64,000 nucleotides of DNA, taken from assembly GCA_001179505.1 (NCBI GenBank), contig CDMY01000472.1, forward strand, positions 1 through 64,000, read 5' to 3'. Positions within the stretch are counted from its first letter, which is position 1. Each line of letters opens with the position of its first letter. The DNA is from Vitrella brassicaformis CCMP3155. Taxonomy: Eukaryota; Protista; Chromerida. Under the pieces are notes generated by a model. It was not told the origin of the DNA. It made no database searches and saw only the letters and a list, made by a program, of their open reading frames with translations. Shown here in pieces: positions 12,160 through 24,557 of the stretch. Position numbers and translations under genes: made by a program.

Positions 12160-12279
12160 TTTGGTTGATGCATCTCTCTCCTTAGCTGCGATGTCTGTGG
12201 TCGTCAATGAGCCCTTTGAGTTGGCTTTCAAGAGCGCCGAAGGCTAGTAGAGCTCGCACGATCTGATTCAGGCCACACA

Positions 12280-12821
12280 GTCGCGGGATCCCTTTGTGGC
12301 ACCCTGACTGAAGTCACTTTCGTCTGTCTGCTGTCTGTCTGCCTTGTCGCATGAGAGACACACATTCCCCCCAGACGCACACACGCGGCCGCCACAGACA
12401 GACAGACAGACACTCAGAAGTAGAGACAACACACATACGTAGATAGAGCAGATCAAAAGAGCTCGAGCAAAAGACGCACACACACACATACACAGGAGTG
12501 TCTCACACACCCGCAGCCTTCCTTCTACTAATTGTATGAGCAACATACCAGCTCCCTCCCTAAGGGACACACGAAGACTCGCACACCGCACACAGGGGGA
12601 GACAGACGGCCAGCAGCGACAGCAGCAGCAGCAGCAGGTGCAATAGTATATGTGGAATTACGGTGCGCACGAAAATGTTTACATGAATCGCCGCCAGCAA
12701 TGATGATGAGATGATATGATGATGATATGGAGCGATGAGCATTATGGATACTCACACACGCGGACACGACGGACAGACAGACAGACAGGCAGACAGACAA
12801 ACAGAGAGGCTGGCGAAGAGC

Positions 12822-12853
<32 letters not shown>

Positions 12854-14018
12854 GCCCGAGGGAAGAAACGAAGGCAGGCACACAGAGTGGCAGGAGAGTG
12901 AATGGGGATATACTCTACATCATAGCAGCAGGAAGTGAGGTAGACAACAGGGAGGAAGGGAGGGGAGGAGGGAAGGAGAGGAAGGTGCACCACATTGACA
13001 AAACACTGGAGGGCACGACACAGACACGCAAACATACACACAGGCCGACATACATAAACAGACAGCCATGCACACCTACACACACCCATCCATCAGACAC
13101 CCACACGTGACGTGTCTGCCTGTGTGTCGGGAAGGCAGTCGTATCTTACTCATCCATCCATCCCTCCATCCCTCCAGACGCCCCCCGCCCCCATTTCAGT
13201 CAGACGTCTGATTAGTTCAAACAACACACACTTGAAAAAACCACTTTTGCTTCACATCAATTCTCGTGTTTCCTGCCTGCCTGCCTGCCTGCCATCCCCC
13301 ATGGGTGATTTGTCCGGCCGTGTGGGGCATACACAGCAGCTGCACCACAGAATGGGAGCTGTGGTCTCCTTTGGCACAGCTCGTCTGTGTGGCAGCTGCT
13401 GCATAGGCGCCGCACACGGACCGACAGATCGATGGATGGAGGGCCAGCCGTGCGAACAAAGTGATCTGATTATTGCTCCCTCCCTCCCTCCCTCCCTCTC
13501 TCCAGCCCCACCCTACCCTGCCCCTTCCTCTGTCTGTCTGTGTTTGGCGCGTTGGTGTGTCCCATCTCATGCCGTGCCGTCTGCTTTGTTCTGCTCTGCA
13601 GCAATCGACCAGTCAGTCCACTGCCCATGATCCCGTCTGAAACCACGTGTGCATCGTGGCCACAGACGAGGTCGAGAGAGAGGGACTGATCGGTCAGTGC
13701 AGAGTCTGCAGAACCTTCCTGACACTCATGTGTGCGACAGAGGTGGGTGGGGTGGGGGACAGGTAAGTGCGGTACACAACAGACCAGTGAGTGAGCAGTC
13801 ATTGAAACGAGGAGACAGAAAGAAAGCGGGAGGAAGGAATAAGAGGGAAAAACCCCGTGTGTGTGTGTGTGGATGGATTGGATGAGGGTGCGGTGCACAT
13901 GTTGGGGTGGGGTGGGGTGGGGGAGATAAGATGGATGACGAGAAAATGTCGGTCGGTCGGTCTGTGGCGCGTCAAAAAAGAAAAACACACACACACACAC
14001 ACATCATTCACTCGACCA

Positions 14019-14059
<41 letters not shown>

Positions 14060-14480
14060 GTGGCGGCGTGGATGGATGGATGGATGGGGTGTGCATCCAC
14101 CAGACAGCACCAGACCACACCCATAAAAGAGATTCAGTCAGCAGCAGTGACAGCAAGTGACGGAGTGAGTCGGCGGCCCGCCTGCCCTTTGGAAGAAGAA
14201 GAAAAATGGTGCATCCTCACACACACACGCACACACACATTCGATATGTCGTCCTCTGTGTGTCGTGTGTCAGTCATCACGCAGCAAACTTTCCCCCCTG
14301 TCTGTGTGTGTGTGTGTGTGTGTGTCCCTCCTCTCATCAGAACAGAGAGAGGCGCCAGCAGCACATTCTTACACAAGACAGAAAGATGAGAAAGATCAAG
14401 AAGCACCGACCACGACTGGCTGCCACCTCCCTCCCTGGCAGACAGGCCAGGTGCGCAAAAACACCACACACACACAGACC
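12280..14480. repeat. Microsatellite-rich intergenic region with (CA)n, (GA)n, (CAGA)n and (GGAT)n tracts
   Basis: Visible directly. The same repeats fill most introns in the window. Confidence 0.9.
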
Positions 14481-14504
14481 CACACACAACACAGACCACG
14501 TCCG

Positions 14505-16310
14505 TCACGGCGTCACCCCGTCCACCACGTCATTCAGAGCCTCCACGCCATTGCCATTGCCATTGCTGTAGTCGGCCTTGTCAGCCTCATTGGGGGAGGG
14601 CGTTGGGGTGGGGGTGAGGTTGACGGCGAAGACCTCCATGGCGAAGTGGGGCGGCGCGTGGCGATCGCTCTTATCCTTCACACACAACACACACACGCGC
14701 ACGTGTGTGTGACGTGTGTGACGTTGACCTTGGGCGACTGACTGACCTTGCTCAGCTTGTCCAGCTGGTGCTTCTCGATGCGCGCACACAGGTCGTAGGC
14801 CGGCATGGCGTCGGGCTGCAGCAGCGGCACTCTCGAGGGGCTCCTGCTGCCCATGCCCCTGAGGCTGTGCTTGGTGACGGGGCTCGCCACATCAGACCAG
14901 CTGCCGCCGTCACCACCTCCCCCACTGCCACCACAGTCATTTTCATAGGCCTCCGCCTCGTTGTCCGCCACCGCCCCCGCCCCCGCTGTGTCGCCGCCAT
15001 TCTCGCTGTCATTCTCAGTGCGGTCGATGCCGTCATGGCCAGCATGGGGACCACCACCACCTCTGCTTTTGTTCTTGTTCTTGGAGGTGAAATCGCACAT
15101 TTCCACCTCAATGGGGTTGCCACTGGTGCTGTTGGTGGGATGGTTGGCATGTGCAGGGGAGGGCGCGGGGGCCTGTGTGTCGGTGGGGCTGCCCGCCGCT
15201 GGCAGAGACAATGATTGGTGGCTCACACGACGCCTGACACAGACAGACAGACACACAGACATGGGGCAAGGCTGTGTGTCGAGTCGAGGGGGCGGAGGGG
15301 AGCGCTCGACTCGACTGACATGAAGTGTGTGCAGATCCACGCGGCGAGCTTGAAGTGGGTCGACCGGGTGTCCTTGACTCGGATCACAAAGTCGTTGTCC
15401 ACACACACAGCGCTCTCGAAGATCTGATTGATGACCACCACCACCACACAACATCACACCAATCCCCCATGTGTTCAAGCTTCCTGACATGACAGACACC
15501 ATCGCCATTGCTTACGAGCTCGACGTAGCAGGCATTCCACTCGCCGGTTTTGCGGGTCCTCAGCCTCCCCGGCGCGTCGCTGCTCTGCATCACCACCGAG
15601 CCGTCACGCTTCTCAATCACCAGCCACAGCACCAGCCGATCAATGAGCGACCGATACGACAAAGACCAAGGCCCTAACCTGACCACACACACACACACAC
15701 ACTCCCTGTGTGTCTGCTGGCAGGGGGAGGGGTGATGGTGGTGGCTACCTGATGCGTGTCAGCTTGATGAGAGGGCTGTGTGTGTCGGTGAGGGGGTTGC
15801 CCAGGATGGGCATCGGCAGCGTCGGGGCGGGGGTGATCAGCGCGGCGAAATGATGCACAAACCGACGCTGCGACGGGATCGTCACCCCCTGCAGGAGGAT
15901 GAAGACAATACACAACACACACACACACATACACACACACCAGATACGATACACCCATCTCCGTCTCTGTCTCGCTGCTTTCTCTTTCTCCTGACCCACC
16001 CGTCCATCGATGGTGCGTGCCTTGGCGTAGAGCCGAAGGGCCGCATCGGGGTTGGCGCACGCCTGATTGGGTGATTGGTTGGTTGACGGAAGAACCCAAC
16101 ACACACCACACAGCACACAGAACACACAGCACACACAGCACACACAGCACACACCACACAGCACACAAGAGCACAGAGCAACACGACCATTTTCATTGTT
16201 TCCGCACCCTCACACGCCCGCCAACCCACCCTTGTGTAAAGCAGCAGAGCAGAGACCATGACGCCCGTGCGGCCCTTCCCGGCCTGACAGAGGCAGGGAG
16301 GGAGGGAGGG

Positions 16311-16341
<31 letters not shown>

Positions 16342-17099
16342 TGGTTGCTCACTTTGCAGTGCACGGCGAGGACGTTTTCTTTGCTCTCCTTCAGCCACTC
16401 GACGGAATCCTCACAGAAGGACAGCATCATCCTACACACACACATCAGGCACACACACACACACACACACATCAGGCAGGCAGACAGACATGCACACACA
16501 CTCTCTCTCTCTTTCTCTCTCTGTCTCTGTGTGTTGTGTGTTACTTGATGGGTGGGGGGGTGTGGTCCTTGAAGGGGTAGCACACCAGCCGCCCGTCGAA
16601 CGTCTTGCAAGGGTACTGACGCTCAGACTCGCTGCACAAGTTAACCACCTACACACACACACACACGCACACACACGCACACAGAGGCTCGCCTTCCGCC
16701 ATTCATCAAAACGTCCCCTCCCTTCTCCTCCTCTGAGGTACCTCAGCTTACCCGGTAGCTGTCGCCGTGCTGGTGGTCGAGGTACTTCCGCACCTGCCGT
16801 CGGGGATTGCGGAAGAGCGCCTCAATCCCTATAGCCGGGAAACCCATCGCTATCACACGACTCGTTATGTAACTGACGAACACACACACACAACTGGATG
16901 GATGGATGGATGGATGGATGGAGGCGCACACACGAACCTACCTCAGGTCGAGGTCGTAGTCCGTCCACACCAGCCGCCTTTTGCGCTTGGACACAAGCAC
17001 CCGGAGCGAGCGGCTCACTTTGAAAGGCACCGCGAAGGCAGAACGCACCACGGGCTCACCACTTCTGCAAACACACACACACACACACACACAGACAGA

Positions 17100-17131
<32 letters not shown>

Positions 17132-18320
17132 TGCACTTGGCCTTCGTTGCGGTGCGCGTGAAGGCCTGCCGTACTGTTTGGTCCGCTTGACGCAGTTGTC
17201 AGGCTGCTCCGTGTGACGGCCTCCAGGCGATGGCAGAGAAGCCATCCTGACCCGGAACCTCCGCTTCTTGGGGGGCGGCGCTCCCAACCTCCTCCCCGAC
17301 GCACCACCGGGATGGTTCTCGCTGTCCGGCTTGCTCACAGGGCCTTCCCTGGCTGACAGTGCCGGGGAGCTGCCCACACACATCCACAGCCATCCACACA
17401 CACACACACACACACAGATGTCCTCTCCTCAGTGTCATCCTTTCCCCCCAGCCACCGACCTGTTTGGCTGCGCCTGCTGCTGCAGATCGAGTGCATCGCC
17501 GCTCATGGACATGGGCGTGTAGGTGTAGCTATGCCGCCGCCGAGCAGACTGCGCCTGCCCCCCTCCCCCTCTCTCTCCTCTGCTGTGCTGCTGCGAGGCC
17601 TTCTTGTTTGTGCAGGAGGGGGGCGTTTCGCAGGCTGGCGGGTCCGAGTGGTGGGACGGCAGCGCTTCCAGCTCGATGACCACCGGCCCACCACCACCAC
17701 CACCACCACCAGCTGCACTTCTTGCACACGGCGAGGACACAGACAAGTGGTGGTGGAGATGCTGGTGGTGATTGGGTGGCTGTGGCTGTCGGGTGCAGGG
17801 CGGGCTGCAGGGGGTGGTGGCGAAGGGGGCGGGGTGGTCGTCCTCCATGTCGAGAAGCATCGTCTCGGACACTGGGTCGATGCCGTCCTCATCGCTCAGA
17901 GGCTAAACGTGCCACAAAAAGACACACACACACACAGACAGATAGACAAACAGACAGCTGTGTTGCGGTGTGTGCTCTGTCATCGTCTTTGCACATACGG
18001 ACCTCCTGCGCTCCTCGCCGGTCATCGCCCGCAGCGTCAAGAGCAGCCTCACCGCTCCCGTCGACAACATCAAGATCATCCTCGTCGAGCGGCAGGAAGC
18101 CAAGCAAATCGTGCCGCTCGCTCTCCACAGCCAGAAGCACGGCAGGAGGCCTGTGTGAGTGGGAGTGGGAGTGACGACGGCCGCCCCTTGTCGCTGCTGC
18201 TGCTGCTGATCTGCCTGAGTGGTCCGCGTGGCTGCCTCGTTGAGTCGGGCGGCTGCTGCTGCTGCTGGCGGCGTGAGGTGCTGTGGCGGCTCTGCCGCAC
18301 CACCGTCCGCACAGAAACAT
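14505..18320 (-). CDS. PTEN: PTEN-like phosphoinositide/dual-specificity phosphatase with C2-like domain, multi-exon
   Basis: LVSKRKRRLVWTDYDLDL / YITSRVIAMGFPAIGIEALFRNP / YPFKDHTPP / NVLAVHCK|AGKGRTG (PTEN P-loop HCKAGKGRTG, split by an intron) / GVTIPSQRRFV. The start is approximate. Confidence 0.92.
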
Positions 18321-18837
18321 CGCTGTGAGAGTCAATGACCGAGATTCGCATCGGGGAGCGGTTTAGAGCAGTTCCCCCGGCGAGTGGATCGCTTACATTC
18401 CTTCACTTCCCGGCTGAGCCAGTGCACCGCACACGGATACCGCACGATTGCACCTCAATGAAAAGAGCCAACCGCCGAGGAGTCTCTCTGAGCACATTGG
18501 TTTGTTTTCGCTTGTCTCACGGCCAGGAAGGAAATCGAAGGACGTTCAGCGTGTCCTCCCCCCTTACGAAGAAAAGGGCACACAGCAAGACAGTCACCCC
18601 CAGTGTGAATGCACGCAGCCATAATAAAGACCGCGGCAAAATGACACATCATCATCATCATCACCACGCAAAGCATAACACACATCACATGATATCACAC
18701 ACCGAGGGCAGCAGAACGTACTGAGACCGCCAGCCGGCCGCGGCAATCCAGAAAGGAGTCGGCCGACAGAGAGAGTGACAAAAAGGGCCCCTTTCTCTGT
18801 CTGTCTGTCTGTCTGTCTGTCTGGGTGGCTAAGGCCG

Positions 18838-20440
18838 CTATGCGAGCGCCTTAGCAACCTCACGCGCGAAGAGCGTCGCGCCCAGCTCGAACGTGGTTGC
18901 AAACCACACCACCACCAGATCCCTCCCAGGGGACACATAAAGTCCCTGGCCGAATATGCCACCCTGACCGATCGACGGACGCAATACACACACGCACACA
19001 GAGAGGGGTTGATGGATGGTGCGTCAGTGAGTGAGTCAGCCACGTACCTTGAAGATGTCGCCGTCGGCGAATACGGCGTCCTACTGCTGGCTGTTGTATA
19101 GAGGCTCCTCCGCAAAGCCCTCCGCCATGCGCCTCATAATGTCGATATTCGCGCCGCTCGAGTCCACCCGGCCCCCCGTCTGAATGCGGTCGAGGTAGGC
19201 CGCCGACACCACCGATTTGTCAGAAGCGCTCGGCGTGTAGATCATCCCATACCTGCCGAAGTCGCGCAAGCGCGAAGCGAACAAACCGTGTCCGAGCGCC
19301 GTCAAGCCGTCGGGCGTGAGAGCCACCACAGCGTCGCCCTCCGCTCCCATCTTCCCCCAGATCCTCTCTTGCACCAGTGCCGCCCAGGTGCGGTTTTCCA
19401 CTGCCTCTGCCAGGTCCACCAGCAGCTGGGTGGCGGCGGATGTGTAGCCCACCACCTCTCCCGGCGCGTGGAGCTTCTCGAGCAACAGCAGGACATCACG
19501 AAGGGGGAGCACCTGGCCCTCTGGGTTTGGCTCGCCGAACTCGGCGGCAAAGACGCGCCGGATCCCAGAAGAGGGGTCCCGCTGCGTCGCCTGTGTTTCC
19601 TCTGCAACAAAGACAGACAGACAGACAGACAGACAGAGAGAGAGGGAGCTCCTCCCAGTCACTGAGCTCATTGATGTGTCGAGCTGGTGGTTGCTGACGG
19701 CGCGTACCCACATCGAGCCCCAGCCTCATGTCAAGCGCGTCGATGACCTTGATATCTGCCAGGGCCGATGCGTTCGCCTTGTCTGCCAGGTAGGGGATGT
19801 AGGCCGACAGAGGCTCCTGCTGGTCGACCTTGCCCTCGTCCACCAGCTGCCCCACGATGAGGCTGGGAACCGTCTTGGTCGACGACATCCACAAGTGCAG
19901 ATCTTCAGGCCGCATGCCCGGATAGGCCTCGAACAAGATGGCCCCCCGGTGGATGACCAGAAAGGCCTGCATGCGCGAGGCTGGGTGCCTGAGGAAGTCG
20001 TCCAGTGACATCTCGCCGAGGCTTGTGTTCGCCCGGATGGAGCCGATGTCAATCTCGACGCCGACGTCAGCACCAACAGGCAGCTCGGCGACCGACCCAT
20101 TTCGCCTGATGACGCTGCTTGGGTGGAACTCGGAGACATGGCCGTTGTAGTAGAGCGCCACATCGCCTGGGTCAAGTCAACACAAATCAAATCGTCACAC
20201 ACACAGGAGGTCAGATGTCAGATGTGATGCATACGTACCAGCGAGAAGCAGCGTGTCGAGGGAGAAGTTGGCCTTGATGCGATGGATGGCGTCGAGGCCA
20301 ATCCCCTCCCTGACTGCGCTCACGGGCATCATCGGGCCGACGCCCTCCTCTGCATCCGCCGAGATCTGACCTCCTGCGATGGGCAAACACACCACCACCA
20401 CCGCCACCACCGCCAACACGCCTATCAGGACAGCCATCAC
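18838..20440 (-). pseudogene. Beta-lactamase-family serine hydrolase (NylB/6-aminohexanoate-dimer hydrolase-like), 4 exons, in-frame TAG at 19081-19083
   Basis: Exons 20440-20239, 20166-19708, 19601-19048 and 18963-18838 join in frame at GT-AG sites. Hydrophobic N-terminus; HLWMSSTK (SxxK); GYTSAATQLL; SRLRDFGRYG; NSQQ*DAVFADGDIFK|GGIFGQGLYVSPGRDLVVVWF. Confidence 0.85.
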
Positions 20441-20518
20441 GGCGTAGAGAAGAGTTGGTGTCAGATCTCGATGCTCGTGAAACAGATTTTTCGTTTACGG
20501 AGGGACAGGGGGAAGGAG

Positions 20519-23318
20519 ATGACGGACGGGGCGGCGCTTGAGGTAGTCCCCGATAGTAGGGATGAGCCCGAGGCAGCTGCAGCTCTGCAGCAGCAGGAGC
20601 GGCAGGAGCAGCAGGAGGAGCGGCAGGAGGAGCGGCAGGAGGAGCCCGAGGCTCCCACCAAGGCTCTGCGGTGGTGGGAGCAGCCGCCATACGTCAAAGG
20701 ACCGCCAGCAGGACACACCACCAGCACCGCCTCTAACAAACACGTAAGTGCGGCAGGAGGGGAGACCTCCCTCCCTCGAGGAAACACCCACACCACGGCA
20801 CACCACACCATCCAGTGCAGTGTGTCGGATGTGTCGGATGTGGTGGATGGATGGATGGATGGATGGATGGATGGGCTCACAGGTGCACGTCGTAGATGCT
20901 GACCATGGTTCTGAGAGGAGCTACGGGACGAGCGAGGCGTCGGGGGCGGCCGGGGGAGGGGGAGGCGTGGGGGTGGGACCAGGACCATCGGCTGCCATGG
21001 GTGCCGGTGATGGGGGAGACTGTACGGGGGAGATGGCCGATAGACGGGCATACAGCGGGACGGTACCACACATAAGATAACACACACAGAGGGAGAGGGA
21101 GAGGGAGAAGCACCATTGAACCGGTTTCCTTGGTGCACACAGGCTTCGCCTGCAGGGGAGGTGTCTGAGCGTTCCGGGGTGTCGCACACCACATCCGCCA
21201 CATCCGCCACATCCGACACGACAGAGGTGAGTGGCAGAGAGCACTAGCACGGCCTGCACCTTCTCTTATGGTGTGCGTGTGTGTGTGTGTGAGCAGGATA
21301 GCTACAACTTGCTGGACCTCCGCAACGCCGACAACTTCACACCCAGTGAGTAGGACAGCATAGAGCAGGCAACGAACACCCCCACCCCTCCCTCAATCCA
21401 TCCATCCATCCATCGTGGTGCCTGCGCCAATTCGTGCAGAGGAGATCGACATCCGCAATCAGCTGCTGGACGTCATCAAGATGGGCCCCAGCTACATCGA
21501 CGCCGCCCAGGCCGTCCTCGTCGCCAGTATGCGCTACGTTAGCACCGTCGCCGACAGCACACAGGACGACATAGTCAAGCTCGAGCAGCTCTACCATCGG
21601 CACACACACCCACACATCCACAGGGGGAAGGGCATGAGCATGGAGGCGTTCAAGCAAACAAGGAACGAGGTGATCGTCTCGGCGACGAGGCGGGCGATAG
21701 ACAAGCTGCGGGGGCAAAAGGCGAAAGCGAAGGCGACAGACAACAATGCTGGCCGAGAGGAGGGGGATGGTGGAGAGGGTGCGGGGGCGGGGGCGGGGGA
21801 GGGAGAGTGGGACCAGGAGGAGTGGGACAGAGCCAGGGGGCGGAGGGGAGGAGGATACGGACCTAGCAATGGTGGGTGTGGATCGGCGAGACTTCACCAC
21901 ACCACGCCACGCCACGGCCCAACTCACGCCGAACTCATTCCTCTCTCCGCCTCTGTCCATGTGTGCGTTGTGTGTCCGTGTGTGTGTCCGTGTGTCCGTG
22001 TGTGTGTGTGTGTGAGTGTGTGCAGGTAGCAGATACCCTCGTCGCAGTGAGCGCTTCGAGCCCTATGGCAGAGGGAGAGGGAGAGGGGGAGGCCGCTACA
22101 GGTGACAGCAGACGACACCGTCCATCCATCAGTATGTCTGTGAGCAAAAGTGTGTGTGTGTATGTGTGTATGGGCAGCAGTAGGTCGCCGCGTGATGACG
22201 CAGAAGACTATGAGCATGAGCAAACCCAGCAGCAGCGCGCCGCAGTCAACAACATGCCACCGTACGCTGCAAACAAACATTGGATGGACACATCACATCA
22301 AGGAATGAACGAAAGACGCGACAAGTGGCTGTGTGTGCACTGCACTGACTGCAGTGGCCACGTGCCGTATTGCCCACCTCCGCCGCCGCCGCCCTCGATC
22401 TCGATGATGACTGGTGTGGGTGCCGCCGGATATGGGAGTGGCGGGTCAGTGAGGGAGAGGGAGAGAGAGAGAGAGGGAGGGAGGGAGGGAGGGAGGGAGA
22501 GGGGGAGACTTTGAGACACACACACACAAGAGGACCCCCACAGAGGCTCTCTCCCTGTCTGTCTCTCTCTTTGTCCCTCATCATTTGTTCAGGAGGGTGA
22601 GAGGGGACTTTGTTCCGCCCCCACCACCGGCACCAGCACCAGGCTGCTACAAGTAACCGAAGCATCCATCCATTCATTCATCCATCATCCATTTATCCAA
22701 TTCTCTCGTTCATACTGCCTGCCTCCATCAAGTGGGTCGCCCCCCATGGCACCAGGAGGCTTCGCTGCGAGCCCGACTTACCACTACCTTCGCCAGACTC
22801 CCACACACACATACGCGGCGACACACACACACCTCATGGGGCCGCCGCCAATGTCAGCGCCGCCAACACCCACACACACACACACACAGTGTGTGGGCTG
22901 TCGGGGGATGAGTGTGTGTTGGTTCGCTGTGTTGGTGCACTGGCAGGTTTGCGCCTCATGCGCCTCGGATGCCGGCTGGCGTGTATCGACCGCCCCAACC
23001 ACCAGGCGCACCTATGATCCCTGGGTGAGTGAGTGAGTGGGGGGCTGGGTGGGCAAGTCGATGGCGACACACAAACACATGCATGGGGTCCATGTGGTGG
23101 TTGGTGTGTGCGTGTGTGTGTGTTGCAGGGGGCCGGGTGTGCAGTTCGGCATGGGGCGACCACCACCCCCTATGCCGTGATTGACCGACGACGGAGGACG
23201 AGTAGTCGACCGAGACAGACAGACATATACACATAGATAGCGCACACACGAGGGGGGAGGGAGGGAGGGAGGGGTTCTATTGATAGGTGGGGGCTGCTAT
23301 GACGTGTTGGATTGGTAG
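20519..23318 (+). CDS. Hypothetical low-complexity multi-exon protein, boundaries uncertain
   Basis: Coding-like exons between microsatellite introns (e.g. EEIDIRNQLLDVIKMGPSYIDAAQAVLVASMRY.., 21415-21950). No family recognised. Confidence 0.45.
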
Positions 23319-24075
23319 TCGATGTGTGTGTGTGAGAGGGATTTGTTGACATTCATCCATCCGTCGACCAGATCATCAGATTGACCAGCTGTGTTGTTAC
23401 TTGAATGCATTCATCAGTCTCTCTTTCTTTCAACGCCCAGCCAGCCAGCAATCAAGCCAACACACAAACAAACAAATATTCCCTGGAATCCAACACGTGT
23501 GATGCAAGCAAGTGTCAGTGTCCCAAAGTGGATGGATGGATGGTGTCTGTTTACACATGACGACAGGCATGACAACACGGAACACGGAAGCAACAGTGAA
23601 TGAGTGTGTCTGTGTGTGGTCGTCGGTGGAGCTCTGTGTGTGTGTGTGTGTGCCCCAACCTCATCCCACCCCCGCCGCCCCAACCAACCCCAACAGCCCA
23701 ACCATCCCGGCCCAGCTCAGTGGACAGACAGACAGACAGAAAGGTAGACAGCAACAGAGAGAGAGAGAGAGAGAGACGGATCGACAGACGGCCGGCCGGC
23801 AGCAGCAAATTAAAAGACCGGCAAGCCCCACGCACCCACCCATCCCCACCCCCCAGCCCCACCGACGCACATGTGGTCGACGGAAGCCATACACCCACCC
23901 ACTCACTCACTCCACTGCCTTTCTGTCTGCCCGAGAAAACCGCAGAGAGAGGGAGTGGGGGAGAGGGAGGGGGGAAATGAGTCCCCTGGCTCCTCCGTCC
24001 TCTCTGCTCTCTGCTTATCCTTCCCGACATTGTCGTGTGTGTGATATCTTACATAGATGGTCATGATGCCATTCC

Positions 24076-24375
24076 NNNNNNNNNNNNNNNNNNNNNNNNN
24101 NNNNNNNNNNNNNNNNNNNNNNNNNNNNNNNNNNNNNNNNNNNNNNNNNNNNNNNNNNNNNNNNNNNNNNNNNNNNNNNNNNNNNNNNNNNNNNNNNNNN
24201 NNNNNNNNNNNNNNNNNNNNNNNNNNNNNNNNNNNNNNNNNNNNNNNNNNNNNNNNNNNNNNNNNNNNNNNNNNNNNNNNNNNNNNNNNNNNNNNNNNNN
24301 NNNNNNNNNNNNNNNNNNNNNNNNNNNNNNNNNNNNNNNNNNNNNNNNNNNNNNNNNNNNNNNNNNNNNNNNNNN
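24076..24375. other. Assembly gap (300 N)
   Basis: Run of N in the sequence. Confidence 1.
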
Positions 24376-24557
24376 CCCTCTCCCCCCCGTCTCCCCGCTA
24401 TGGTACGACAAGAGTCAATCAATCAGCCAGTCAGTGTCCGATCGGTCAATCCACCCACCACCATACACACACACACATACATACGTACAGCCCGGCGGCC
24501 CGGTCAAAACGAACCACACCCCCCCACGGCCCCAACGCCCCCACGGCATATGGCGTA

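Noticed and set aside
12228-14571. Many short ORFs rich in CV/HT/TDRQ/WMDG
   Set aside because: They are translations of microsatellites.
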